DNA from: Eledone cirrhosa
Lineage: Eukaryota
Direction: 5' to 3'
NCBI GenBank assembly: GCA_964016885.1
Contig: OZ024762.1
Location: 14,074,001 to 14,138,000, forward strand
DNA length: 64,000 nucleotides
Position numbers and translations under genes: made by a program. Shown here in pieces: positions 1 to 13,725 of this stretch. Positions within the stretch are counted from its first letter, which is position 1; each line of letters begins with the position of its first letter. The notes below the pieces were generated by a model. That model did no database searches and was not told the origin of the DNA. It saw only the letters and a program-made list of their open reading frames with translations.

Positions 1-80
1 GCTCGGACTTGTGCCTGGGAGGGCAACTTTCTAGGTTCGAATCTCATGGTCATTCGTGACTGAAGGAGGTCTTTATCTTT
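1..80 (+). mobile_element. Probable SINE 3' end cut by the window edge
   Basis: ggacttgtgcct...actttctaggt...catggtcattcgtgactgaaggaggtcttta resembles an octopus SINE tail as I recall it. There is no second copy in the window. Confidence 0.4.
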
Positions 81-92
81 GCTACACACTAG

Positions 93-243
93 AATCGATC
101 GCCCCTGGTCTAATCTAATCGATCGCCCCTGGTCTAATCTAATCGATCGCCCCTGGTCTAATCTAATCGATCGCCCCTGGTCTAATCTAATCGATCGCCC
201 CTGGTCTAATCTAATCGATCGCCCCTGGTCTAATCTAATCGAT
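93..243. repeat. 24-bp minisatellite, ~6 perfect copies
   Basis: Unit aatcgatcgcccctggtctaatct. Confidence 0.97.
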
Positions 244-504
244 TACTAAATCGAAGCTGTTGGCTAAGTAGCCATATAGAGTGTGACATGGTTTCAAGGA
301 GTCGAACTCCTGAACCGAGCAGCCATATTGACAGTTTTAGTTGTCCTGCTGGTGGTAGTGGCGGCGGTGGTGTGTTTAGCAGGGGGTGGGGAAGTGGTGG
401 TGGTCCGGTATGGGAGAGTCAAAGGTGGTGATGAGGGAAGAGGTGTTTCAGTGGTGTGTATAGTTGAGGGAAAGATGAAGGGGGTTGATGGGAAACTAGT
501 GGCA

Positions 505-750
505 GTGGCGAAGGTGGTGACGGAGTGGTGGCGGCGGGGAGGTGAAGCTGGTGACGGAGTGACGGCGGGCGAGAGGTGAAGCTGGTGACGGCGGGGGGAG
601 AGGTGAAGCTGGTGACGGCGTGACGGCGGGTGAGAGGTGAAGCTGGTGACGGCGGGGGGAGAGGTGAAGCTGGTGACGGCGTGACGGCGGGGGGGGGGGG
701 GGTTGAAGCTGGTGACGGCGTGACGGCGGGGAGAGAGGTGAAGCTGGTGA
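505..750. repeat. GC-rich imperfect tandem repeat
   Basis: Recurring gagaggtgaagctggtgacggcg(tgacggcg)gggg. Confidence 0.85.
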
Positions 751-1599
751 ATGGGAAACTCGTGTTTGAGTGAGGAGAGGGAAGAGGTGGGGAGGTAAAG
801 GAGAGGCGAAGGAGGTGACGGGGACGTCAGAGGAGGGGGGGAGAAGGAAGAGACAGGGGGTATGGGAGAGAACCGAAGTTGGTGCTGCGGACATGGTGGG
901 GGTGTAGGGTCTGAGTGGGGAGAAGGTAGAGGCGATGTAAAACGAGAGAAATATAATTCTCATTAAAATGTTTCCTGTGATTTAATCTTGAAATTACATT
1001 ATACTTTTATTGTTATTGAAGTATTAGTAGTAGTAGCTGTAGTGGTAGTAATATTTGTAGTAGTAGTAGTAGTAGTAGTAGTAGCAGCTGTAGTGTTAGT
1101 AATAAGTAGATGTTGTTGCCGTTTACGTAGTTGTTTAAGATGTTTATAGTTGTAGTTGTTGTTTGTATATATATATATATGTATATATATAAGAATATAT
1201 GTATGTATATATATAAGAATATATGTATGTATGTATGTATATAAGAATATATGTATGTATATATATAAGAATATATGTATATATATATATAATAATATAT
1301 GTATATATATAAGAATATATGTATATATCTAAGAATATATGTATATATATAATAATATATGTATATATATAATAATATATGTATATATATAAGAATATAT
1401 GTATATATATAAGAATATATAAGAATACATATATATATTCTTATATATATACATATATGTATATATATATAAGAATGTATGTATGTATATAATAATATAT
1501 GTATGTATGATTTCGTAGCTGTTCTTGTAATCGTTGTTGTGGCTGTTATATACATCCCCAGTTCGGCAACGTAACCCTCCCGACGCTCTGCATATATAT

Positions 1600-1650
<51 letters not shown>

Positions 1651-1680
1651 CATATATTTATATATATTTATATATATATA

Positions 1681-1727
<47 letters not shown>

Positions 1728-1756
1728 ATATTTATATATATTTATATACATATATT

Positions 1757-1888
<132 letters not shown>

Positions 1889-1916
1889 TATATACATATA
1901 TTTATATATATATATT

Positions 1917-1950
<34 letters not shown>

Positions 1951-2113
1951 TATATATATATTTATATACATATATTTATATATATATATTTATATACATA
2001 TATTTATATACATATATTTATATATATTTATATATATTTATATACATATATTTATATATATTTATATATATTTATATACATATATAAATATATACATATA
2101 CATATATATATAT

Positions 2114-2214
<101 letters not shown>

Positions 2215-2269
2215 TATATATATATATTTATATATATATATATACACACACACACATATATATATATAT

Positions 2270-2316
<47 letters not shown>

Positions 2317-2417
2317 CATAAATACATTTAGACGGATAAACTCACTTTGACACATATTTCAAAAGACACGCATAAAAACACCACAGGAGCACACAAACAC
2401 ACTTATACACACTTACG

Positions 2418-2470
<53 letters not shown>

Positions 2471-2801
2471 ACACTCACACACGGACATACAGGCACAGAC
2501 TGACAGATACACACACACACACACACACATACAGAGAGACTTTCACGGAGACACGACTATTCTGCAAGAGCAACAAGAAAGACATACAAAAAGAAAGGAA
2601 GAGAGAGAGGGGGGTGGCGGAGTGAAGTAAGGAGGGAGAGAGGAAGAGAGGGTGGTGTAAGAAGGGAGTGGGGAGAGAGTGGTGTAAGGGGGGAGAGAGG
2701 CAGAGTTAGCAGCAGCAGGAGCCAGCTGAAAAAATGATTGTGATTGTTAAGGGAATATATTTCTTGGTGTGTTATAGTAATTTTCTAGGAAGTAGAATAT
2801 A

Positions 2802-2877
<76 letters not shown>

Positions 2878-3070
2878 GTATGTATATATGTATGTATGTT
2901 AACCAGTCCAACATTTGCTAGCTGGGAAAGTAGACGTTAAGTAACAACAAGGATGATGATGATGTATGTATGTATATATCTATCCATGTATGTATGTATA
3001 TGTATGTACATATCTATATGTATGTATATATGTATGTATATATGTATGCATGTATATATATATATGTATG

Positions 3071-3478
3071 AGATGACCCCTTAGTCTTTGTCAAGACAGA
3101 ATTCTAGGAGAAGGAAAACTCTGATATAACACCTGCAACTCTGATGGTATCCAATGATGTTGACTTGTTTTCTTTTTGTTAAATATCATCTTGGTGAAGA
3201 GAGTGGGACTGGCTTTGTGCAGTGACTTTGCTCACTATAAAAGCTTCACGACACAGGCATTTCTTTATATCTGGAGATCTCTCTGCACTTGTCGTCACAT
3301 GGTACCATGGGTCCAGCACTATGTGTCAATAATTGTCACAAGTGTAGTGTTTGTACCAGAGTTTTCAAGTCGCTGGCTGGACTAAAAAGTCACACTTGTT
3401 CAGCGCATCGGTAGGGGTTCTCCTACATGGATATAAAGTAGTGGCCGTACTCGAAAACGAGTTGGCAGCCACCATATG
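3071..3478 (+). mobile_element. Bipartite non-autonomous RTE-derived element (RTE 5' motif plus RTE 3' end)
   Basis: 5' part has ctaggagaaggaaaactctgat, typical of RTE 5' ends. 3' part encodes a C2H2 finger HKCSVCTRVFKSLAGLKSHTCSAHR* (3337-3414). Short 3' UTR and (TATG)n tail. A second copy starts at 10186. Confidence 0.7.
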
Positions 3479-3559
3479 TATGAATGTATGTATATATATC
3501 TATGTATGTATGTATATATATATATATACATACAGCCATATATATATATATATATATAA

Positions 3560-3619
<60 letters not shown>

Positions 3620-4377
3620 CCATATATATATACATATATTCACACAGCCATAAATATATATATATATATATATGTCTATATATGCATTTATGTATAAACA
3701 CACACACACAAACACATATATAGTATATACACACATTCACACAAACACGTTTAACGCAGCTTTCACGTGTATATATGCGTTTAAGTAAACAAATGTGTGT
3801 GTGTGTGTGTGCAAACATGACTTTTCGCTTCGATACTTTCTTAAAGAGTGCAGATAAAATTTGTTGTACACCAACCTTCTCTGGTGGACCCTATGCAAGT
3901 AATAACCGTAATTACCGAAACACATTTTACAGACAGACATCCGAAACTAATGTAAGCCTGATTGGCGGCCATATTGAAATTTTTAATTAAATAAGGTAGA
4001 AAATGATATGTTTAATAAGGCTAAAGCTATGCGAAATTGACGGCAAAAGAAAGGCAACGAAAACCTTTCTTACCAGCTGTATATCATTAGTCATTTTTTG
4101 TTTTTCGTCCTAATATTTTGGGTCTTAAAAATCTCTTTTTCAGAGAATGGGAAACTCTCTGAGTAAAACATATAAGAAATCTAACACACGATTTATTTTT
4201 TTCTTTTAACCCTGAGTTATACTTAATCCTTTCAGGTTCTAGTCGGGAGCTCATCATTATTCCTAGTAGTGTCGTGTCTAGGACAAGATTATCTAATTTT
4301 TAATTGTTTCCACGGAATTAATGGATCAGAAACCGATTCATTTTTTGAAGTCTGCTCTCTATTTTATGTCAAAAAGC

Positions 4378-4570
4378 TCCTTGATCGCTGCTACAGAGGC
4401 CAGGTTTCAGGTACGACCTTCTGAGTACTTTTTACAGGGCTTTGAAAAACTGAAGGACCGCTGCAATAACTGTGTGAATCTGAGAAGGGAAATATGTTGA
4501 ATAAAATCGTAATTAACTGATCCTCATGTATTTTCTTTTACCTGAAGCCAGGAACTTTTCAGCAACTCGT
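4378..4570 (+). mobile_element. mariner transposon 3' remnant
   Basis: SLIAATEARFQVRPSEYFLQGFEKLKDRCNNCVNLR / (frameshift) YVE* matches the mariner transposase C-terminus. It is followed by a TIR-like end, ggaacttttcagcaactcgt. Confidence 0.7.
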
Positions 4571-4583
4571 GTGTGTGTATGTA

Positions 4584-4673
<90 letters not shown>

Positions 4674-5118
4674 AGGGAGGTTGCGTGTGTGTGTGTGTGT
4701 ATAGACAACAGTCATGGGAAGAGTTTTCCTCACAAAGCTTTGATCGACCTGAAGCTATTGAAGACGGTGACACAAAGTAACAAGACATATGGCTATATCT
4801 GAAGCCATAAAAACTTGCTGCCTGCATAAAAGCCTAATTATTTATTATCAGTTCTGGAAAATGGCGGAATTACGTGATGTGTGATAGCCAAATAAACAGT
4901 CGTGTCTTGCCGATATTGTGGATAAAGGAACAACGTTCCCATTATGGTTCAAAAGTCATGCGGTCGTCTGCTTAAAGATTTTACCGCCGAATCTTAATAT
5001 AATGTGAAAGAACGTCTCAGCTTTATATAACTTTATAACAAACACACAATACATTGACTACCTCTTCCATTGTTCGTTACGAATAACATATATATATACA
5101 CAATGAAAGACATACACA

Positions 5119-5174
<56 letters not shown>

Positions 5175-5599
5175 TACAAATATATATGTGTGCATGTATG
5201 TATATATATACATACTACTGTACGTCTGTATACATATATGTATGTACGTATACATACATACATACATACTACTGTAGATCTGTATACATATATGTATGTA
5301 CGTATACATACATACATACTACTGTAGATCTGTATACATATATGTATGTACGTATACATACATACATACATACATACATACCACTGTACGTCTGTATACA
5401 TATATGTATGTACGTATACATACATACATACATACCACTGTACGTCTGTATACATATATGTATGTACGTATGCATACATACATACATACTACTGTACATC
5501 TGTATACATATATGTATGTACATATACATACATACATACTTACATTTAAGTAACTGCCGTACTAAGAATGAGAAATGAAATTTCGTTTCATTCTATTCC

Positions 5600-5646
<47 letters not shown>

Positions 5647-5678
5647 TATATATATATATCTATCTATCTATACATATC

Positions 5679-5771
<93 letters not shown>

Positions 5772-5830
5772 TTCCAAATATATTAAACGTAAAGCTAATA
5801 TATAACTTCATTGTGTTGTTTCTGTTTACT

Positions 5831-5872
<42 letters not shown>

Positions 5873-6012
5873 TTGTTTGTCTATATACAAATGTAATTTT
5901 GTGTGAGTTTATACGTATATATAAGCTAATATATACAACCTAATATATACCTTCCATATACTGTACCGATTGAGTTGTTATTTCTGTTTCCCTTTTACAC
6001 ACACACACATCT

Positions 6013-6053
<41 letters not shown>

Positions 6054-6363
6054 CACGTGTGTGTGTGTGTGTATCAATATGTGTGTGTAGAGGTATATAT
6101 ACATATATATAGAGAGAGGCCAGCCGAAATGGTTTGGGCTCGGGCTCGCCGTAGGGATTTCCCTAATTACTGTAAATCTATATACATAACACAAGAATCC
6201 CAGCAGGTGTATATAATAAAACAACGATAATTATATACACGCTATGATATATAAGTGTAGGATCAACATTTAAATAATATTGTATCTTACTAAATATCTT
6301 AAGAGAATTTGTCACTGATGATAAAAGAAACACACGCCTACACACACACACATATATATATAT

Positions 6364-6412
<49 letters not shown>

Positions 6413-6473
6413 TATAGAGGCAGGCGGACTGATACACACACAGATACACACATACATAGAGACAGGCAGACAG

Positions 6474-6506
<33 letters not shown>

Positions 6507-6522
6507 TACATAGAGACAGGCA

Positions 6523-6560
<38 letters not shown>

Positions 6561-6577
6561 TACATAGAGACAGGCAG

Positions 6578-6632
<55 letters not shown>

Positions 6633-6761
6633 TAGAGACAGGCAGACACACACACACACACACACACACACAGAGGCAGGCAGACAGACACACACACAGA
6701 TACACACATAGATACACACATAGAAACAGACAGACACACACACACACATAGAGACAGGCAG

Positions 6762-6793
<32 letters not shown>

Positions 6794-6889
6794 GCAGACA
6801 GACACACACACAGATACACACATAGATACACACATAGAAACAGACAGACACACACACACGCACACACACACACACATAGAGACAGGCAG

Positions 6890-6971
<82 letters not shown>

Positions 6972-7012
6972 GCAGACAGACACACACACAGATACACACA
7001 TAGAAACAGACA

Positions 7013-7058
<46 letters not shown>

Positions 7059-7155
7059 TGTAGACATATATATCTTAACTATAATAAAGAAAGGAGTGCG
7101 GGACTGCATCCTGAATATAATTTTTTTACCCCAATAGTAAAATAAGTTGGACTAC

Positions 7156-7707
7156 TTTGAATAAATAATTTTCTACTTTAGGCACAAGGCCAGCAAATTG
7201 CCCAGTGTATTACTGGTACTTTATTTTATCGACTCCGTAAGGATGGAAGGCAAAGTTAACCTCGGCGGGATTTGAACTCAGAATGGCAAGGGCCGTAACT
7301 CTATGCGTCAAAGCATCGCGTCCGACGCTCTACCGATACTGCCAATCCACCGCCCTTTGGATAAATAATTGTTTCTACTATTGGCACAAGGCCAGCAATC
7401 AACCAGTAGATTACTGGTACTTTATTTTATCGACCCCGTAAGGATGAAAGGCAAACTTAACCTCGGCGGGATTTGAACTCAGAATGGCAAGGGCCTTTGA
7501 ATAAATAATTGTTTCTACTTTAGGCACAAGGCCAGCAATTACCCAGTTCATTACTGGTACTTTATTTTATCGACCCCGTAAGGATGAAAGGCAAAGTCAA
7601 CCTCGGCGGGATTTGAACTCAGATCGTAAAGGGACGTAACTATGCTGGAAAGCATGGCGTCCGACCCTCCACCGATACTGCCAATCCACCGCCTTTGAAT
7701 AAATAAT
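7156..7707 (-). mobile_element. Three head-to-tail tRNA-derived SINE copies (middle one 5'-truncated)
   Basis: Minus strand reads GGCGGTGGATTGGCAGTATCGGTAGA...GAGTTCAAATCCCGCC (A/B boxes), then GAGGTTAACTTTGCCTTTCATCCTTACGGGGTCGATAAAATAAAGTACCAG and an AT-rich tail. Confidence 0.88.
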
Positions 7708-8115
7708 GAATGAATATTACATAATTTATGTACTAAATTTCGTGGCTGTAGATTAAATATATTTTATAGCTTATTTAAAGACCTTTAAAATTCACTTCTT
7801 TAACATTTTCAAATGTCAACACTTCCGGTTAGCGGCCGTTATATTCTAACACTTATAATCGCATATATTTCCATCACTAATTTTTTCCTAATGCAGTTTA
7901 TATATAATATCGTCTTTTTTTTAATGTATCATGGATTACTTTACTGATTAAATAAGACAGTGTAACATAGACTTCGTTCAATTTCTGCGGATATTGTCAA
8001 TTAAGATTTTATTTGATGTATCATATCTACATGCATATATATACTTGCGTATAATATCAATATACACACTACACATGCTAGCAGAAAACCACGCGTAGGT
8101 TGGTTTTTCTGCTAG

Positions 8116-8160
<45 letters not shown>

Positions 8161-8411
8161 AGCGTCCGCATATACTCAAACACAAATACACACACACACG
8201 CATAAACACATGTATATATGCATATCTATACAACTATCCACACAAACTGAAACACACACACCTCTCTTTCTCAATCTATCTATATATATACATACTTACA
8301 CATATATACACTCATATATATACATATATATATATATTTATAAGCGTCCACACATACTCACACACAAATATAAACGCGCACACACACACACACGCACCAC
8401 ACACCACACAC

Positions 8412-8469
<58 letters not shown>

Positions 8470-8851
8470 CCTCCTTTTGAATCTCCTTCTAACCATATTC
8501 CCCACTTAAACATAGTTTTTCCATTTTCCCTTCTCAGAATTAATTTTATTTCATTTCATTTCATTTTAAATTAAAATGGTGTTTGCATCTGTTTATGTGT
8601 GTGTGGCGTTGGTGGGTGTATTGAGTGCTTGTGTGTGTGTGTGTTTATGTGTGTGTGTGTGTGATTGTTTGCGTGTGTGTGGCGGTGTTGGAGGATATTG
8701 AGTACTTGTGTGTGTGTGTGTGTGTGTGGTTGTTAATGTGTGTCTGAGTGATTCTTAATGTGTGTGTGTGTGTGTGTGGTTGTTTCATTGTTTATGTTTG
8801 TGTGAGTGTGTGTGTGTACATGTGAGAGAGAACACATGTAATTTTTGTGTA

Positions 8852-8893
<42 letters not shown>

Positions 8894-9196
8894 ATAGTTT
8901 CATTGTTTATGTATGTGTTTGTGTGTGTGAATACATGCAGTTTTTTGTGTGTATAGCATTGTCTGTGAGTGTGCATTCGTGTGAGCGTGCTTAATTACGC
9001 GTATGTTTGTGTGTGGCTGTGTGTGTGAGTATATGTAGTTTTTTTGGCGCGCGTGTGTGTATGTGTGTGTGTGTGAGCAAGTGTGTGTATTTGTGAGTCT
9101 CTATTTTTTTTTTCATCGATACCTTGCATTAAAGATCAAACTGCATGATAGAGATATATAGATAGATAGATAGATATATAGATAGACAGGAAGATG

Positions 9197-9230
<34 letters not shown>

Positions 9231-9457
9231 CAGGAAGATAGATAGATAGATATAGATAGGTAGGTAGATGGATAGATAGAGAAATAGAAAGATAGATCGC
9301 AACAGATATATATATATAGATATATATATACAGAGGTATAAATATATAGATAGATATAGAGATAGATATATAGATAGATAGATAGATAGATACATAGATA
9401 TAGATCGGAACAGGTAGATATGCAAATATATTGATAGGTACACACAAAGATAGCTGC

Positions 9458-9490
<33 letters not shown>

Positions 9491-10185
9491 GGGGGAGACT
9501 GAGATGTTTTTTTCTCAATTGCCTAGCACTGAAGATCAAACTACATGATATTAATCCGATTAATGAGATTAAGAGAACGGTTTATATCTTGAAGGGGTGT
9601 GATGGAAGGAGTGTGTAACACACTGACAATTTACACACATACACACACATACCAATACCCCTCACACACAGGAAGACACTTATATATGCAAGCGTTTATT
9701 TATAGGCGGTCGCGCGCGCGCACACACACACTTATATATATATATATATAAACGTATAATTATAGACATACATATATGCCTACAAGATACTATTTGCATA
9801 TCATATGGTGTGAATAAAAAATACACCACCATGCACACATGTATTTGCACGGTTCCCTACATACTCTCTCTCTCTCTCTCACACGTGTGTGTCTGTGTGC
9901 AGCAATTCAAGTTAAAATAGATCTTCATCTTTGAATCGTTCCTACCATTTTTTGATGTCTTCCTTACTTTTCGTACTCTATTTCGATAAAAGATTTAGAC
10001 CGAAACGTCACGTTCTTTTTACTCTTTCTATACGGTGTAAATATTTACTCTGTACTTATATTCTCGTTAGTTTTGTGCTCATATTTCGTCTACCAGGTGT
10101 TTTAAACCCGTATCTTTTAAGTGCTTACGCCCTTGTCCTTTTGAGTCTTGCATGCTTGTTTGTATGTAAGCATGTATGTATGTAT

Positions 10186-10572
10186 GTGAGCAAAGGCATT
10201 GCACAAAGCCGGTCCCAGTCTCTTTACCAAAAAGAAGAACAAGTCAACATCATTGGATACCATCAGGGTTGCAGGTGTTATATCACTATAAAAGCTTCAC
10301 GGCACAGGCATTGCTTTATATCTGGAGATCTCTCTGCACTTGACGTCACATGGTACCATGGGCCCAGCACTATGTGTCAATAATTGTCACAAGTGTAGTG
10401 TTTGTACCAGAGTTTTCAAGTCGCTGGCTGGACTAAAAAGTCACACTTGTTCAGCGCATCGGTAAGGGTTCTCCTACATGGATATAAAGTAGTGGCCGTA
10501 CTCGAAAACGAGCTGGCAGCCACCATGTATGTATGTACTCGATAACGAGGGGTCAGCCATCATGTATGTATG
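10186..10572 (+). mobile_element. Second copy of the RTE-derived element with an inverted 5' segment, plus an extra short 3'-end copy
   Basis: 10283-10526 is nearly identical to 3232-3476. 10186-10285 matches the reverse complement of 3122-3235. 10535-10572 repeats the 3' terminus. Confidence 0.8.
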
Positions 10573-10653
10573 TTCTTCTGGTTTTATAAGTTTATAAATT
10601 TTTACTAAACGAGAGTCGGTCTTTACCATAGATAATAGACTACCCTCACCATG

Positions 10654-11128
10654 ATCTCTATCACTACATCAACACTATCATCTCTATCACTACATCAACA
10701 CTATCATCTCTATCACTACATCAACACTATCATCTCTATCACTACATCAACACTATCATCTCTATCATTACATCAACACTATCATCTCTATCACTACATC
10801 AACACTATCATCTCTATCACTACATCAACACTATCATCTCTATCACTACATCAACACTATCATCTCTATCACTACATCAACACTATCATCTCTATCATTA
10901 CATCAACACTATCATCTCTATCACTACATCAACACTATCATCTCTATCACTACATCAACACTATCATCTCTATCACTACATCAACACTATCATCTCTATC
11001 ACTACATCAACACTATCATCTCTATCACTACATCAACACTATCATCTCTATCACTACATCAACACTATCATCTCGATCACTACATCAACACTATCATCTC
11101 GATCACTACATCAACACTATCATCTCTA
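10654..11128. repeat. 26-bp minisatellite, ~18 copies
   Basis: Unit atctctatcactacatcaacactatc. Confidence 0.97.
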
Positions 11129-11139
11129 CAATCAGCACA

Positions 11140-12550
11140 ATGACCACCACACTACCACCTCTACTACAACCATAATCACCACCTCGACCACCATAATCAT
11201 TTCTAATATTACAACCAGAGTCACCACTACAACTAGTACCATGACTAAAACCACCACCACCACCACAGCCACTACCACCCGTACTACTACAACCACCACA
11301 GCCACCACTAGCACAACCTCTAACGCCACCACTACTACTACCACCACAACCTCTACCACCACCACCACGAATACAACCACAATCACAGCCAGTACCACCG
11401 GTAATACCAACGCCACTACTACAACCTCTAATACCACTACTACCAATACTACTACTACTACAACCACTAATACCACTACTACCAATACTGCTACTAATAC
11501 AACCACTAATACCACTACTACCAACACTACTACTACTACTACCACTAATACCACTACTACCAATACTACTACTACAACCACTAATATCACTACTATTACT
11601 ACTACAACCACTACTACTACAACCACTAATACCACTACTACCACTATTACTACTACAACCATTAATACCACTACTACCAATACTACTACCACAACCACTA
11701 ATACCACTACTACCAATACTACTACCACAACCACTAATACCACTACTGCTACTAATACAACCACTAATACTACTACTACTACCAACACTACTACTACAAC
11801 CACTAATACCACTACTACCAATACTACTACTACTACAACCACTAATACCACTACAACCACTATTACTACTACAACCAGTAATACCACTATTACCACTACT
11901 ACTACTACAACCAATACCTGAAGGGAAACCTTATCGATAACAATATCCAACAGAACTTCAATCACAATTAGTGTTATCACTGTAATCACACATGACGTCA
12001 CTGTTACCATGTCATTGTCGACACCATCACTACCCCCTCCACCATCACCATCATCACCACCACCATCACCATCATCACCACCACCATCATCACCACCACC
12101 ATCACCATCAGCATCAGCATCACCATCACCATCACTACCACCATCACCATCATCACCACCACAATCACCATCATCACCACCACCATCATAACCATCACCA
12201 TCACTACCACCATCATCACCACCACCATCAGCATCACCACCACCACCATCACTATCACCATCATCACCACCACCATCACCATCATCATCACCACCACCAT
12301 CACCATCACTACCACCATCATCACCACCACCATCACCATCATCATCACCGCCACCATCACTATCACCATCATCACCACCACCATCACCATCATCATCACC
12401 ACTACCATCACCATCACTACCATCACCATCACTATCACCACTACCACTGTCTCCACCGCTACAAACATGGTGACTTCGGACACCACCACCAACACAACTG
12501 CCTCCTCCATTGCATTGCCACCACCACCACCACCACAACCACCACCACAT
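11140..12550. repeat. Compound trinucleotide low-complexity tract (ACT/ACC/AAT, then CAC/CAT)
   Basis: Seen directly. It generates the poly-T, poly-V and poly-H pseudo-ORFs. Confidence 0.92.
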
Positions 12551-13491
12551 TTAATTTAGTAAGAAAAGAGAGAAAAAAGAACTCAATACATAGTGTAAAG
12601 TAAACAACTATAGGGAAGCTGCTCTGCTGTTGGGGGTTTCATACGTATAGCATTTAGGTAGGCTATATAATATAAATATATACATGTATGTGTATATATT
12701 TATCTATGTATATATGTTTATATGTATGTATCTGTATGTATGTATGAATGCATGTATGTATGTATGTAAATATATATATATATATATATATATAAATTAT
12801 ATATATATAAATTGTATATATAAATTATATATATAAATTATATATATATATAAATTATATATATATAAATTATATATATATATAAATTATATATATATAT
12901 ATTATATAAATTATATATATATATATTATATATATATATTATATATATATATATTATATATATATATATATTATATATATAAATTATAAATTATATATAA
13001 ATTATATATATATTATATATATTTTATATATATATTATATATATATAAATTATATATATATAAATTATATATATATATAAATTATATATATATATATTAT
13101 ATAAATTATATATATATATATTATATATATTATATATATATATTATATATATATATATTATATATATATATATATATATTATATAAATTATATATATATA
13201 TATTATATATATTATATATATATATTATATATATATATATTATATATATATATATATATTATATTTATAAATTATATATAAATTATATATATATTATATA
13301 TATTTTATATATATATTATATATATATAAATTATATATATTATATATATATATTATATATATATAATGAATGTATGTGTACAAATCTTTCGCAGAACCTC
13401 TCTGCGCATGTACAGGATATGTCACGAAGAGAGAACGAGATAAAGCAAATATAGAAATATACAAAAAAGAAAAGAAGGAAAGGAAGAGGGC

Positions 13492-13544
<53 letters not shown>

Positions 13545-13571
13545 AGCAAAATAGAAAGTGTATCATCTTAC

Positions 13572-13725
13572 CTGACTGATGTTTCTTTGTCAATCATCTC
13601 AATCAAATTAAACGGTGAATAATTAAGGAAGCCATCAATGACATAGATAATGCCATTACTACAACCGATAGCAGGGTTGATGAGGTAGAGACGCTGCATA
13701 CCAAAGCCGGCATCGACATAGATAC
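13572..13725 (-). CDS. FAS1-domain gene, internal exon f (154 nt, phase 1 in / 2 out)
   Basis: Acceptor tttgtctttgacag|GTATCT, donor GTCAG|gtaaga. Translation (G)IYVDAGFGMQRLYLINPAIGCSNGIIYVIDGFLNYSPFNLIEMIDKETSV(R) contains the H2 variant CSNGIIYVIDGFL. Confidence 0.9.

Noticed and set aside
283-963. Pro/Ser-rich 155-aa ORF as a gene or retroelement N-terminus
   Set aside because: Low complexity and partly tandem repeat, with no recognisable motif. It may be a retroelement remnant but I cannot support that.
2530-2730. Next FAS1 exon after exon f (acceptor-like sites near 2562 and 2726)
   Set aside because: In the required phase they give an early stop (RIVVSP*) or low-complexity sequence with no H1 motif. 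The next exon is probably outside the window.
11132-12603. 472-aa Gly/Asp/Val ORF, and Thr-rich mucin-like and poly-His ORFs
   Set aside because: Trinucleotide repeats stay open in several frames on both strands. There is no signal peptide, domain or compatible splice context.
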